In this document: positions 1-10,124 of the stretch, in pieces
Numbering within the stretch: the stretch's first letter is position 1
Layout of the letters: the number at the start of each line of letters is the position of its first letter
Assembly: GCA_963816145.1 (NCBI GenBank)
Contig: CAWFJP010000003.1
Coordinates: 768,001-832,000 of the forward strand
From: an uncultured delta proteobacterium
Lineage (GTDB): Bacteria; Desulfobacterota; Binatia; UBA9968
Direction: 5' to 3'
DNA: 64,000 nt
The notes under the pieces: model-generated
The model's database searches: none
What the model saw: only the letters and a program-made list of their open reading frames with translations
Told to the model about the DNA's origin: nothing
Translations under genes and position numbers: made by a program

Positions 1-639
1 CGCGCCGACACTCCGATCAAAAACATTGATGACTGGCGCAATGCCAAGGAGCCGCCCAAATGCGGCAGCACCGGCACTGGCAGCACCGGCCATTACATCC
101 CGCGCCTACTCGAAGAAACCCTCGGCATCAAGACCCAGATCGTCAGTGGCTATCCCGGTGCGCCGGACATCGAGCTGGCCATCGAGCGCGGCGAAGTGTT
201 TTGCTGGTCACCGCTCAAGGCCACCTACTTCGGCCGCGAGCCCTATCGGCGCTGGCATAAAACCGGTTACGTGCGGGTTCTGGTCCAAACCGGCGCCAAG
301 CGCGATCCACGGCTGAAGGACACGCCGACGCTGGATGAATTGATGCAGCAATACAAATCTCCCGAGCCGGCCCGCCGGCTCGCCAAGGTGATTCTCACCG
401 CCGCCACCTTGGGCCGTCCCGTCGGCACCGCGCCAGGCGTTCCGGCGGATCGGGTAAAGATCCTGCGCGACGCCTACGCCAAAGCCATCGCCGATCCCGA
501 GCTGCTCGCCGAAGCCGCCAAACAAAACTGGGAAGTCGACGCTACCCACGGCGACGAGCTGCAAGCGTTGTCGAAAGAAGTCATGGCTCAGCCCAAAGAA
601 ATCATCGAGCGCATGAAGTGGGTGCTCGGGCGGGAATGA
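1..639 (+). CDS. tctC: Tripartite tricarboxylate transporter substrate-binding protein (TctC/Bug family), 5'-truncated by window edge
   Basis: Frame +1 is open from base 1 (RADTPIKNIDDWRNAKEPPKCGSTG...GYPGAPDIELAIERGE...PTLDE...RPVGTAPGVP); close paralog of 686-1763. Confidence 0.85.
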   Translation, partial: RADTPIKNIDDWRNAKEPPKCGSTGTGSTGHYIPRLLEETLGIKTQIVSGYPGAPDIELAIERGEVFCWSPLKATYFGREPYRRWHKTGYVRVLVQTGAKRDPRLKDTPTLDELMQQYKSPEPARRLAKVILTAATLGRPVGTAPGVPADRVKILRDAYAKAIADPELLAEAAKQNWEVDATHGDELQALSKEVMAQPKEIIERMKWVLGRE

Positions 640-643
640 TATC

Positions 644-675
644 AATTTTGGATTCTCGATTTTAGATTTTGGATT
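644..675. repeat. Short TTTTGGA/TTTTAGA-type tandem repeat arm
   Basis: aattttggattctcgattttagattttggatt directly after the stop codon; same family at 1771-1883, about 14205-14226 and 60706-60728. Confidence 0.7.
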
Positions 676-685
676 GACGGGCTCC

Positions 686-1763
686 ATGCATCGACTATTG
701 CTCTTGACGACAAAGTTTTTCGCATTCTTCTTCGTCCTGACCCTCGAATTCTTGAACCCCTTGAACCTTGAACCGGCGGCGGCGCAAACGCCGCCCTTCT
801 ATCAAGGCAAAACACTCAAGATCGTGGTCGGCTCGGCATCCGGGGGCGGTTACGATCTTTGGGCGCGTTTACTGGCGCTCCATATCGGCAAACATATTCC
901 CGGCCACCCGACCGTGGTCGTGCAGAATCTGCCGGGAGCCGGCGGTTTGGTTGCCGGGAATTTTGTTTATGGTCTAGCCAAGCCTGACGGCCTGACCATC
1001 GGTGCGTTCAACCCGGCGCTCTATTTCGAACAACTGGTCGGCAAGCCGGAGAGCAAGTTTGATTGGACCAAGTTCAGCTGGATCGGCTCGCCCGAGAAAA
1101 ACGACGCTTTGCATTACATCCGCGCCGACTCGCCGTATAAAACCATCGACGATTTGCGCAATGCCAAGGAGCCGGCCAAATGCGGCAGCACCGGCGGCGG
1201 CACCACCGCCCACTATTTTCCCCGGCTGCTCGAAGACACCCTGGGCATCAAAACCACCCAGGTCACCGGCTATCAGGGCGGGTCGGAAATCGATCTCGCC
1301 GTCGAACGCAACGAAATCATCTGCTGGACGCCGCTGATCGCGACCTACTTCGGCCGCGAGCCTTACAAGCGCTGGCACAAGACCGGTTTCGTTCGCGTCG
1401 TCGTCCAGACCGGCGACAAACGCGACGAGCGCTTGAAGGATGTACCAACGCTCACCGAACTGATGCAGCAGTACAAAACTCCAGAGGCCAGCCGCCGGCT
1501 CGCCAAAGTGGTCTTGACCGCCGCCAACCTCGGCCGCCCCATCGCCGGCCCGCCGCGCCTACCGGCGGAACTGCTAAAAACTTTACGCGACGCCTACGCC
1601 AAATCGATGAAAGACCCCGAGCTCCTCGCCGAAGCCGCCAAGCGCGGCTGGGAAGTCGACCCCCATACCGGCGCCGAACTCGAGACGTTGGCGAAGGAAG
1701 TCATCAACCAGCCCAAGGAAGTGATTGAGCATTGAGCGGATGAAATGGGTGCTGGGAAACTAG
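686..1763 (+). CDS. tctC: TctC/Bug-family binding protein; last 8 codons shifted out of frame by a 7-bp duplication (ORF as sequenced ends at 1735)
   Basis: FYQGKTLKIVVGSASGGGYD, VVQNLPGAGG, AKPDGLT motifs. ATTGAGC occurs at 1724-1730 and 1731-1737; removing one copy gives VIERMKWVLGN*, matching the upstream paralog. Confidence 0.85.
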
Positions 1764-1770
1764 AGCCGCC

Positions 1771-1883
1771 AATTTTGGATTTTAGATTTTGGATTTTGGA
1801 TTAGGGGAAAAGAGCGTGAAGAAAAGATCTTGGATGCGATGGCTAGATTCTTCTTCCGATAATCCAAAATCGAAAATCCAAAA
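1771..1883. repeat. Inverted-repeat element (TTTTGGA)n ... (AATCCAAAATC)n overlapping the start of an ABC binding-protein gene
   Basis: Left arm aattttggattttagattttggattttggatta (1771-1803). Right arm taatccaaaatcgaaaatccaaaa (1860-1883) encodes NPKSKIQK. Confidence 0.8.
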
Positions 1884-2876
1884 GCAGCCCCGCGGACCAA
1901 AATGGGGATGGCTTGTTGCCCTCGGCGTCGCGTTCGCAATGGGTGGCGCCGTAGGCGACGCGCAGCAGCAGGCAAAGGTGTTTAAGATTGGCTGGCTCGC
2001 TATCGGTAGCGCCACTTCAATCTCCAGGTATCAGGCGTTCCGGCGTAGCCTCCCTGATCTCGGCTACGTTGAGGGCAAGAATATCTCATTCGAGTTTCGA
2101 TCGGCAGACAACAAGCTCGCCTCGCTTCCCGCGCTAGCTGATGAGTTGGCCCGTCTCAATGTTGACGTAATCGTCACACGCGGCACGCCTGAAGCCCTAG
2201 CTCTCAAAAACGCTACCAGGACAATCCCCATCGTTTTTTACGATGTGACGGATCCAATAGCGGCGGGGCTGGTTGACAGCTTGGCCCGGCCTGGTGGAAA
2301 CATCACGGGGTTTTCCGGCATGGAGGCAGTGTTGGCGGGCAAACGATTGGAGTTACTCAAGGACACCCTTCCAAAACTCTCCCGCGTTGCGGTGCTGTGG
2401 AATCCGCAGGATCTTAGCTCCGCGCAACAATGGAAAGAAAGCCAACTGCCGGCACGAGCACTGGGGCTGCAACTTCATTCCATGGAAGTAAGCAGCGCCG
2501 ATAAATACGAGAACGCGTTCAGAGAGGCAATGAAAGCGCGGAGTGGCGCTCTCGCTGTGATAGCTGGAGCGGCTGGAAGACTCTAACGGACAGAAGATCG
2601 CAGATCTGGCAACAAAAACTCGGCTGCCAGCGATATACCCTCGTACTACTTTTATCGACAGCGGCGGGTTGATGTCCTACGGACGCGACCGAGAAGAGGG
2701 CTGTCAAGCGGGTACCCATTATGGTCGACAAGATTCTCAAGGGAACCAAGCCCGCCGACATTCCTGTCGAGCAGCCAATGAAGTTTGATTTGCCAATTAA
2801 TCTAAAAACCGCCAAGGCACTTGGACTGACGATTCCACCGCTTGTGCTCACGCGGGCGACGAAGGTGATCAAGTAG
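1816..2876 (+). pseudogene. ABC transporter substrate-binding protein (ABC_sub_bind family), two frameshifts
   Basis: LGYVEGKNI, DPIAAGLVDSLARPGGNITG, KRLELLK in frame to about 2575. RLPAIYP..GGLMSYG follows in a second frame, and [18 protein letters not shown]...RATKVIK* in a third (shift about 2700). Confidence 0.8.
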
Positions 2877-2926
2877 GCGCGAGGCTTGAGGCGAAAGGCG
2901 TGAGCAAGATGATGAGAGGAAAGCCG

Positions 2927-3906
2927 ATGATAAGCAGAATCGCCTGCCGACTGTTGGCTGCTTCCATTCCGCTTTTTGTTTCTCAAACCGACGCACAGCA
3001 GCCGGCAAAGGTTGCAAAGATTGGCTGGCTCGCCGTGCGGCCGGCGTCTGCTGCTTTCGCGATCGAGTCATTTCAGCGAGAATTCGGCAAACTCGGCTAT
3101 GTTGACGGGAAGAACATAGTTTTCGAGTATCGATACGCTGAGGGTAATCTCGACCGACTCCCTGCGCTAGCTGACGAACTTGTTCGTCTTAAAGTTGATG
3201 TGCTCATCGCGCCCAATACTCCGGCCGCGTTAGCCGCTAAGAACGCTACCAGATCTATCCCCATCGTTTTTATAGACGTAACCGACCCCATCGCGGCTGG
3301 GCTGATCGATAGCCTGGCGCGGCCTGGCGGGAATATCACGGGGTTTACTACCATTTGAGCAGTGCTGGCCGGCAAAAGACTTGAGTTGCTAAAAGAAACC
3401 GTTCCCAAGCTCTCCCGCGTCGGGGTGCTGTGGGATCCACAAGGACCAAGCTCTGGGCAGGTTGGAAAGAAAGCCAACTGCCGGCAAGAGCTCTGGGCTT
3501 GCAACTTCATTCCATGGAAGTCAGCAGCGCTGACAAATACGATGCAGTGTTCAAGGAGGCAATGAAAGCGCGCGTCGGCGCTGTCGCCTGGATGGCGTCC
3601 CCGCTGGGCGACCTAAATCAAAGGGATACGGTCGAACTAGCGAAGAGATATCGCCTGCCGACAATTTATAGTCGGCAACCGGTTGTCGAAAATGGCGGCC
3701 TGATGTCTTACGGTCCCGACCGGGACGAACCCTTCAGGCGCACCGCCGTTTTTGTCGACAAGATTTTGAAGGGAACTCATCCATCCGACATACCAGTCGA
3801 GCAGCCAACCAAGTTCGAATTGGCGATCAATTTAAAAACTGCCAAAACACTCGGCCTGACTATTCCACCGCTCATGCTCACGCGGGCGACGAAGGTGATC
3901 AAGTAA
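2927..3906 (+). pseudogene. ABC_sub_bind family binding protein with internal stop and frameshift
   Basis: In-frame TGA at 3356-3358 (TTI*AVLAGKRLELLKE) and frameshift near 3460; C-terminus VEQPTKFELAINLKTAK...RATKVIK*. Confidence 0.8.
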
Positions 3907-4026
3907 ATGCAGACAACAGGCACACAGGCAATAGGCAATAGTTAGAACTTCTCATTGCACTCAGCCCAGACTCCACGGTATTCATAACCCGCGCGATTGC
4001 TCAAAATAACCATGAGGTGATTCTGG

Positions 4027-5121
4027 ATGCGTGGAATAAAAGATTTGTTCAAGAGTTCAAAAGTTCAAGGGTTCAATCGGATTCTTCTCGGTATTCTTTT
4101 TCTGACCCTTGAACTTTTGAACCCTTTGAACCTTGAACCGGCGTCTGCGCAGCAGACGCCCTTCTACCAAGGCAAAACCATCACATGGATCGTCGGCAGC
4201 AAGGCGGGCGATGCTTATGATCTTTATCCGCGCCTGCTGGCCGAGTATCTGCCCAAGTATATTCCCGGCAATCCCAATATTATCATTCAGAACGTCGGCG
4301 GCGCGGCCTCGCTGATCGCGGCCAACCAAGTGTACAGCGTCGCCAAGCCCGACGGATTGACTCTCGGCGCGATCTATCCGGCGCTTTATTTCGATCAACT
4401 GGTGAAACGGCCGGAAGTAAAATACGACTGGAATAAATTTTCCTGGATCGGCAGCCCGGTGAGTTCCAACCACATGATGTACATGCGCGCGGATACACCC
4501 TTTAAAACCATCGACGACCTGCGCACCGCCGCGCAGCCGCCGAAATGCGGCTCCAGCGGGGTCAATTCGACCGGCTACTACATTCCCAAACTGATGGAAG
4601 AAGCGATCGGCGCCAAGATCGAAATGGTCGCCGGCTATCCGGGTGGCCAGGATATCGAACTTGCGGTCGAGCGCGGCGAATTAGTGTGCCGATCGTTTAC
4701 GATCACAACGTTCCATAGCCGCGAGCCGTTTTTTACCTGGCGCAAGAAAAACTTCGTCCGCGTGCTCTACCAAACTGGCACCAAGCGAGACCCGCGCTTG
4801 AAAGACGTGCCGACAATGTATGAGATAATGGATCGCTACAAGACACCGGAATCGGTGCGCAAGCTCGCCAAGGTAATCCTGATCGCCAGTGATTTGGGCC
4901 GGCCTATCGTGGCGCCGCCGGGCGTGCCTCCAGCGCGCTTGAAAACCATCCGCGAGGCCTTCAACAAAGCGGTCGCTGACCCGGCCTTCTTAGCCGACGC
5001 GGACAAGCGCAAGCTTGAAATCGATCCATCGTCTTGGGAAGAGATGGAATCCTTGGCCAAGGAGGCGATGGCGACGCCGCCTGATGTTGTCGATAGAATG
5101 AAAAAGATTCTCGGCATGTGA
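4027..5121 (+). CDS. tctC: TctC/Bug-family binding protein
   Basis: Signal peptide ..ASAQ, FYQGKTI, IIQNVGGA, AKPDGLTLG, GYPGGQDIELAVERGE, PIVAPPGVP. Confidence 0.9.
   Translation: MRGIKDLFKSSKVQGFNRILLGILFLTLELLNPLNLEPASAQQTPFYQGKTITWIVGSKAGDAYDLYPRLLAEYLPKYIPGNPNIIIQNVGGAASLIAANQVYSVAKPDGLTLGAIYPALYFDQLVKRPEVKYDWNKFSWIGSPVSSNHMMYMRADTPFKTIDDLRTAAQPPKCGSSGVNSTGYYIPKLMEEAIGAKIEMVAGYPGGQDIELAVERGELVCRSFTITTFHSREPFFTWRKKNFVRVLYQTGTKRDPRLKDVPTMYEIMDRYKTPESVRKLAKVILIASDLGRPIVAPPGVPPARLKTIREAFNKAVADPAFLADADKRKLEIDPSSWEEMESLAKEAMATPPDVVDRMKKILGM
4047..4138. repeat. GTTCAA x4 / TTGAAC x4 inverted-repeat array inside the signal-peptide coding sequence
   Basis: GTTCAA at 4047, 4055, 4063, 4071 and TTGAAC at 4109, 4117, 4126, 4133. 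Equivalent arrays at 5169-5257, 6286-6374, 7405-7493; right arm only at about 744-773. Confidence 0.85.
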
Positions 5122-5133
5122 CGTAATCCAAAA

Positions 5134-6243
5134 ATGAGGTCTTTCATGACGCAACGAACGAAACATCCGTTCAAAAGTTCAAACGTTCAAACGCTCAAGG
5201 TTCTCGGGCTCGTGATTTTTTCCGTCGTTGAACTTTTGAATCCTTTGAACCTTGAACGGGCGTCTGCCCAGCAGACGCCTTTCTATCAAGGCAAAACCAT
5301 CCGGATCATCGTCGGCAATCTGCCGGGCGACACCCATGACATCTTCGCCCGCGCTTACTCGCGCCACATGGGCAAACATATTCCCGGCTTCCCTAACATT
5401 GTCGTGCAAAACATGCCCGGAGCCGGCGGCATGATCGCGGCCAACCATGTCTACAACGTCGCGAAACCGGATGGACTGACACTCGGCTCCCCGTCCCCGG
5501 CGCTTTATTACGCGCAACTGGTTGGCCGGAAAGAGGTCAAATTCGATTGGCCCAAGTTCAACTTCATCGGTTCGCCGGAGCGCAATGGTCACTTGTTATT
5601 CATGCGCTCAGACTCGCCCTACAAAACTCTCGACGACATCCGGAAAGCCAAGGAGCCGCCCAAGTGTGCCGCTACGGGAGTTGGCACCAGCGGCCACGAC
5701 GTGCCCAAACTGTTCGACGAGATGATCGGCTTGAAGTTCAACCTGATCACCGGCTATCCCGGCGGCGCCGAAATGGATTTGGCCATCGAACGTGGGGAAG
5801 CGGTATGCCGCGCCATTACCGTGGCGGCGTTCTTCGCCCGAGAGCCATTTGTCACCTGGTACAAAACCGGTGTCGTGCGTGTGCTTCTGCAAACCTCGCG
5901 GCAGAGAAATCCGAAAATTCCCGATGTGCCGACTTTGTTCGAGCTCATGGAGCAGTACAAAACGCCGGAGATCAAGCGCCGCCAGGTGCTAGTCTATCTC
6001 GGCGTCGGCGGCTTCGGCGCCTGGCCGATTCTCTCCACACCCGGAATACCCGCGGAGCGCGTGACGACTCTCCGCGAAGGGTTCAGCAAAACCATGAAAG
6101 ATCCGGATTTCTTGGCGGAAGCGAAAAAAGCCGGTTGGGAGATCCGCCCCACCAGCGGCGAAGATTTGCAAGCGCTAGCGAAGGAAGTCATCGACCAGCC
6201 ACCGGAAGTGGTCGAGTGGCTAAAAAAATTATTGGCGAAATAA
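5134..6243 (+). CDS. tctC: TctC/Bug-family binding protein
   Basis: FYQGKTIRIIVG, VQNMPGAGG, AKPDGLTLG, GYPGGAEMDLAIERGE; start could be 5146. Confidence 0.9.
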   Translation: MRSFMTQRTKHPFKSSNVQTLKVLGLVIFSVVELLNPLNLERASAQQTPFYQGKTIRIIVGNLPGDTHDIFARAYSRHMGKHIPGFPNIVVQNMPGAGGMIAANHVYNVAKPDGLTLGSPSPALYYAQLVGRKEVKFDWPKFNFIGSPERNGHLLFMRSDSPYKTLDDIRKAKEPPKCAATGVGTSGHDVPKLFDEMIGLKFNLITGYPGGAEMDLAIERGEAVCRAITVAAFFAREPFVTWYKTGVVRVLLQTSRQRNPKIPDVPTLFELMEQYKTPEIKRRQVLVYLGVGGFGAWPILSTPGIPAERVTTLREGFSKTMKDPDFLAEAKKAGWEIRPTSGEDLQALAKEVIDQPPEVVEWLKKLLAK

Positions 6244-6262
6244 ATTTACTGAGAGAGGCTCT

Positions 6263-7360
6263 ATGGCACTTCAATTAATCACGTCGTTCAAAAATTCAAA
6301 GGTTCAAACGTTCAATTTTCTCGGATTCTTGCTCCTCTCCGTCGTTGAGCTTTTGAACCCCTTGAACCTTGAACGGGCGTCTGCCCAGCAGGCGCCTTAT
6401 TATCAAGGCAAAACCATCCGCGTCGTCGTCGGCTATCAGGCCGGCGACTCGCACGACCAGTGGGCGCGCACCTACACGCGTTATCTCGGCAAATTCATTC
6501 CAGGCAACCCCACCTTCCTGGTGCAAAACATGCCCGGCGCCGGCGGCATGATCGCCGCCAACTACATCTTCAACGTCGCCAAGCAGGATGGCTTGACCAT
6601 GGGCACCATCGGCGGCGCGCTTTACTTCGCCCAATTGATTGGCCGCAGCGAAGCAAAATACGACTGGAACAAATTCACCTGGATCGGCACGCCGGAGAAA
6701 AGCGGCTTTCTCGTCTTTATGCGCACCGACGCGCCCTATAAGACTCTCGACGACCTGCGCACTACCAACGATCCGCCGCGCTGCTCGGCCACCGGCGTCG
6801 GCAGCAGCGGTTACGACATTCCGCGCGTTCTGGAAGACACGGTCGGAATGAAGTTTAAAGTCATCAGCGGTTACCCCGGCGGTGCCGATCAAGATTTGGC
6901 AATGGAGCGCGGCGAAGTGCAATGCCGAGCATTTACCATCGACGCTTTCTTTGGCCGCGAACCCTTTCCCACCTGGGTGAAAAAGGGCTTTGTCCGCGTC
7001 ATCATACAGATGGAACGCAAGCGCCACCCCAAGCTGCAGGACGTGCCGACGCTCTGGGAGCTGATGGATCAATACAAAGTGCCGGAAGCGAAGCGGCGGC
7101 TCGCCACGGTTTATTTGAACAGCGGCCTGTTCGGTTCTCGCCCCATCGTCTCGACACCCGGCCTCACCGCGGAGCAAGCGAAAATTCTCCGCGAAGCCTA
7201 CGTCAAGACGCTCAAAGATCCGGAATTCCTGGACGAGATCACCAAGCGCGGTTGGACGGTCGATGCCGTGAGCGGCGAAGATCTGCAGGTTCTAGCTAAG
7301 GAAGTCACGACCCAGCCGCCGGAAGTCATCGATTGGCTGAAAAAACTGTTGACCAAATAA
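6263..7360 (+). CDS. tctC: TctC/Bug-family binding protein
   Basis: RBS GAGAGG, YYQGKTIRVVVG, VQNMPGAGG, GYPGGADQDLAMERGE. Confidence 0.9.
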   Translation: MALQLITSFKNSKVQTFNFLGFLLLSVVELLNPLNLERASAQQAPYYQGKTIRVVVGYQAGDSHDQWARTYTRYLGKFIPGNPTFLVQNMPGAGGMIAANYIFNVAKQDGLTMGTIGGALYFAQLIGRSEAKYDWNKFTWIGTPEKSGFLVFMRTDAPYKTLDDLRTTNDPPRCSATGVGSSGYDIPRVLEDTVGMKFKVISGYPGGADQDLAMERGEVQCRAFTIDAFFGREPFPTWVKKGFVRVIIQMERKRHPKLQDVPTLWELMDQYKVPEAKRRLATVYLNSGLFGSRPIVSTPGLTAEQAKILREAYVKTLKDPEFLDEITKRGWTVDAVSGEDLQVLAKEVTTQPPEVIDWLKKLLTK

Positions 7361-7390
7361 GCCGAAGTAAGAAGGCGAACGAGGTCGGTC

Positions 7391-8476
7391 TTGAAAATCA
7401 TTTTGGTCAAAAGTCCAAAGGTTCAAAGGTTCAACGTTCTCGGGTTCTTGATCCTCTCCGTGCTTGAACTTTTGCACCCTTTGAACCTTGAACGAGCGTC
7501 AGCACAGACGCCCTACTATCAAGGCAAAACCATCCGGTTCATCGTCGGCTACCAACCCGGTGACAATCACGACCAGTGGTCGCGCGCCTATGCGCGCTTC
7601 ATGGGCAAGTATCTTCCCGGCAATCCCAACTTTCTCGTGCAAAATATGCCGGGCGCCGGCGCGATGATCGCGGCCAATCATATCTACAACATGACCAAGC
7701 CGGACGGCTTGACGCTCGGCACCCTCGGCGGCGCCTTGATCATGGCGCAGATCACCGGCCGCAAGGAAGTGCAATTCGATTGGTCTAAGTTCGGTTGGAT
7801 CGGCACGCCGTACCGCGCCGGTCATGTGCTGTTCATGCGCAGCGATACGCCGGTCAAGACCTTGGAGCAACTGCGCCAGACCAACGACCCGCCGCGCTGT
7901 TCCGCCACCGGCGTTGGCAGCACCGGCTATGACATTCCGCGCTTGCTCGAAGACGCCTTCGGCTTCAAATTCAAAGTCATCAGCGGCTACCCAGGTGGCG
8001 CCGATCAAGACCTGGCGATGGAAAGAAACGAAGTGCAGTGCCGCGCCATCACCACCGACGGTTTCTTCGGCCGCGAGCCGTTTATTACATGGTACAAGAA
8101 AGGCTTTGTGCGTATCTGGCTGCAAACCGAAAAGCAGCGCCACCCCAAAGCCGCTGACGCGCCGACGATTTTCGAGTTAATGGATCAATTCAAGATCGCC
8201 GATACCAAGCGGCGCTTGGTGCATACTTACTTGGGCTTGTGGGGCTTTGGCTCGATGCCGGTGATCACTTCGCCAGGATTACCCGCCGAGCGCCTGACGA
8301 TGCTGCGCGACGCTTGGGCCAAGACCTTCGCCGATGCGGAATTTCAAGAGGACCTCGCCAAGCGAAACTGGGAAGCCCGGCCGGTATTCGGTGAAGAACT
8401 GCAAAATCTCGCCAAAGATGTAGTCAATCAGCCGCCGGAAGTCGCCAGCGCGCTGAAACGAATTCTCGGTCAATAA
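7391..8476 (+). CDS. tctC: TctC/Bug-family binding protein
   Basis: GAGG RBS with TTG start; YYQGKTIRFIVG, VQNMPGAGA, close paralog of 6263-7360. Confidence 0.9.
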   Translation: MKIILVKSPKVQRFNVLGFLILSVLELLHPLNLERASAQTPYYQGKTIRFIVGYQPGDNHDQWSRAYARFMGKYLPGNPNFLVQNMPGAGAMIAANHIYNMTKPDGLTLGTLGGALIMAQITGRKEVQFDWSKFGWIGTPYRAGHVLFMRSDTPVKTLEQLRQTNDPPRCSATGVGSTGYDIPRLLEDAFGFKFKVISGYPGGADQDLAMERNEVQCRAITTDGFFGREPFITWYKKGFVRIWLQTEKQRHPKAADAPTIFELMDQFKIADTKRRLVHTYLGLWGFGSMPVITSPGLPAERLTMLRDAWAKTFADAEFQEDLAKRNWEARPVFGEELQNLAKDVVNQPPEVASALKRILGQ

Positions 8477-8513
8477 TATAGACTCGGTAAATCAAGTTTT
8501 GCGGCTAATTCTG

Positions 8514-8542
8514 TTGACGGTCATCGCTAGATGCGATAAGCA
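8514..8542 (+). promoter_or_regulatory. Possible sigma70 promoter for tctA
   Basis: TTGACG-17 nt-TAAGCA about 40 bp upstream of the ATG. Confidence 0.35.
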
Positions 8543-8580
8543 GCATGAGCCGCTAACATACGCGGCATCAGGAGACTTTC

Positions 8581-10080
8581 ATGCTTGACGCTTTTATCAG
8601 TGGATTTTGGCAAACCGTCGCATGGCCGGCCTTCGGCTACATGCTGATCGGTATCTCCATCGGCTTTTTCGTCGGCCTGCTACCGGGTATCGGCGGCTTA
8701 TCGACGCTCGCGCTCATGCTGCCATTTTCCTACTCGATTAAGGAGCCCATCGCAGCCTTCGCCTTTCTGCTTGGCATGTTGGCCGTCACCGGCACCACCG
8801 GCGATTTGACTTCGATCTTGTTCGGGATCCCTGGGGAGGGGTCCTCCGCCGCCTTGATACTCGACGGCTACCCAATGTCAAAAAACGGTGAGGCCGGCCG
8901 CGCCTTGGGTGCGGCGATCATGAGTTCAGTCCTCGGCTCAGTCATTGGCGCCCTGTCGCTGGCGTTATCGATCCCGATCATGCGGCCGTTGGTACTGCTG
9001 TTCGGCTCGCCGGAACTGTTCATCATCGCCATCATGGGTATCACCTTCATCGGCACATTGGCCGGACCGTCGCTCATCAAGGGGCTGCTCGCCGGCGGTA
9101 TCGGCCTCATGCTCGCCTCAATCGGCGTCGACCCGCAAACCGGCTCGTTACGATACACCTTCGGCACGCTCTATCTTTGGGATCGGCTTGATCTCATCCC
9201 GGTGGTTGTCGGCATGTTCGCGATCCCCGAGATCGTCGATCTCGCGGTGCGCGGCACCAGTATCGCCAGTGACAAACAAGAAAAGCTCCACGGCGTCATG
9301 GAAGGCGTCAAAGACACCTTCGTCCACTTCTGGTTGGTGGTGCGATGCAGCTTGATCGGCGTCTATTTCGGCGTCCTACCGGTGCTCGGCGCCAACGTCG
9401 CCCAATGGATATCCTATGCGCACGCAGTGCAAGGCTTGAAAGACAAGTCGCGCGCCGGTAAAGGCGCCATCGAAGGCCTTCTTGGCCCCGGCGCGGCTAA
9501 TAATTCGACACGTGGCGGTGATCTGATCCCAACGATAGCATTCGGCATACCGGGAAGCGGAGCAATGGCTTTGCTGCTCGGAGCGATGTTGATCGTCGGC
9601 TTGAATCCCGGCCCGGAGATGCTCAAGTCCCGTCTCGATGTCACATTCTCGATGGTCTGGGTACTAATCCTCGCCAACATCATCGTCGCGGCACTGTGTT
9701 TCTTGATCTTGAACCACTTGGCTGCGCTGACGTTTATCCGCGGCGCATTATTGATCCCGTTCCTGTTGTTCTTGGTATTCATCGGATCGTTCACCGCTAA
9801 TAACGACCTCGCCGACATCGTCGTCACGCTGCTCTTCGGGATCATTGGCTACTGCATGGTCAAATTCGGTTGGCCGCGGCCGCCGCTCATCCTCGGCCTT
9901 ACCCTCGGGAAAATTGCCGAAAACTATTTGTGGATCTCCACGGCAGCTTACGGCGCCAAATGGCTGCTCTTCCCGACCGTAATGGGCCTCATCGCCCTCA
10001 CCATATTCACCGTTGCCTACCCGACCATCAAAGAACGCATGGGCAAAGCGAAGTACGAACGGCCAGAGGACGCGGTGTAG
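8581..10080 (+). CDS. tctA: Tripartite tricarboxylate transporter large permease TctA
   Basis: 499 aa, highly hydrophobic; GLLPGIG, SILFGIPG....DGYPMSKNGEAGRALG, AANN...G.LIPTIAFGIPGS, PGP motifs. Confidence 0.93.
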   Translation: MLDAFISGFWQTVAWPAFGYMLIGISIGFFVGLLPGIGGLSTLALMLPFSYSIKEPIAAFAFLLGMLAVTGTTGDLTSILFGIPGEGSSAALILDGYPMSKNGEAGRALGAAIMSSVLGSVIGALSLALSIPIMRPLVLLFGSPELFIIAIMGITFIGTLAGPSLIKGLLAGGIGLMLASIGVDPQTGSLRYTFGTLYLWDRLDLIPVVVGMFAIPEIVDLAVRGTSIASDKQEKLHGVMEGVKDTFVHFWLVVRCSLIGVYFGVLPVLGANVAQWISYAHAVQGLKDKSRAGKGAIEGLLGPGAANNSTRGGDLIPTIAFGIPGSGAMALLLGAMLIVGLNPGPEMLKSRLDVTFSMVWVLILANIIVAALCFLILNHLAALTFIRGALLIPFLLFLVFIGSFTANNDLADIVVTLLFGIIGYCMVKFGWPRPPLILGLTLGKIAENYLWISTAAYGAKWLLFPTVMGLIALTIFTVAYPTIKERMGKAKYERPEDAV

Positions 10081-10093
10081 GCCGCGTCCGGCA

Positions 10094-10124
10094 GTCACGG
10101 GTTACGAGTCTCGGGTTTCGTGTT
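10094..10124 (+). repeat. Tandem heptamer run after the tctA stop
   Basis: GTCACGG GTTACGA GTCTCGG GTTTCGT GTT. Confidence 0.55.

Noticed and set aside
3356-3358. Selenocysteine or readthrough at the in-frame TGA
   Set aside because: Paralogs have no Cys at this position, and the gene has a further frameshift 100 bp downstream.
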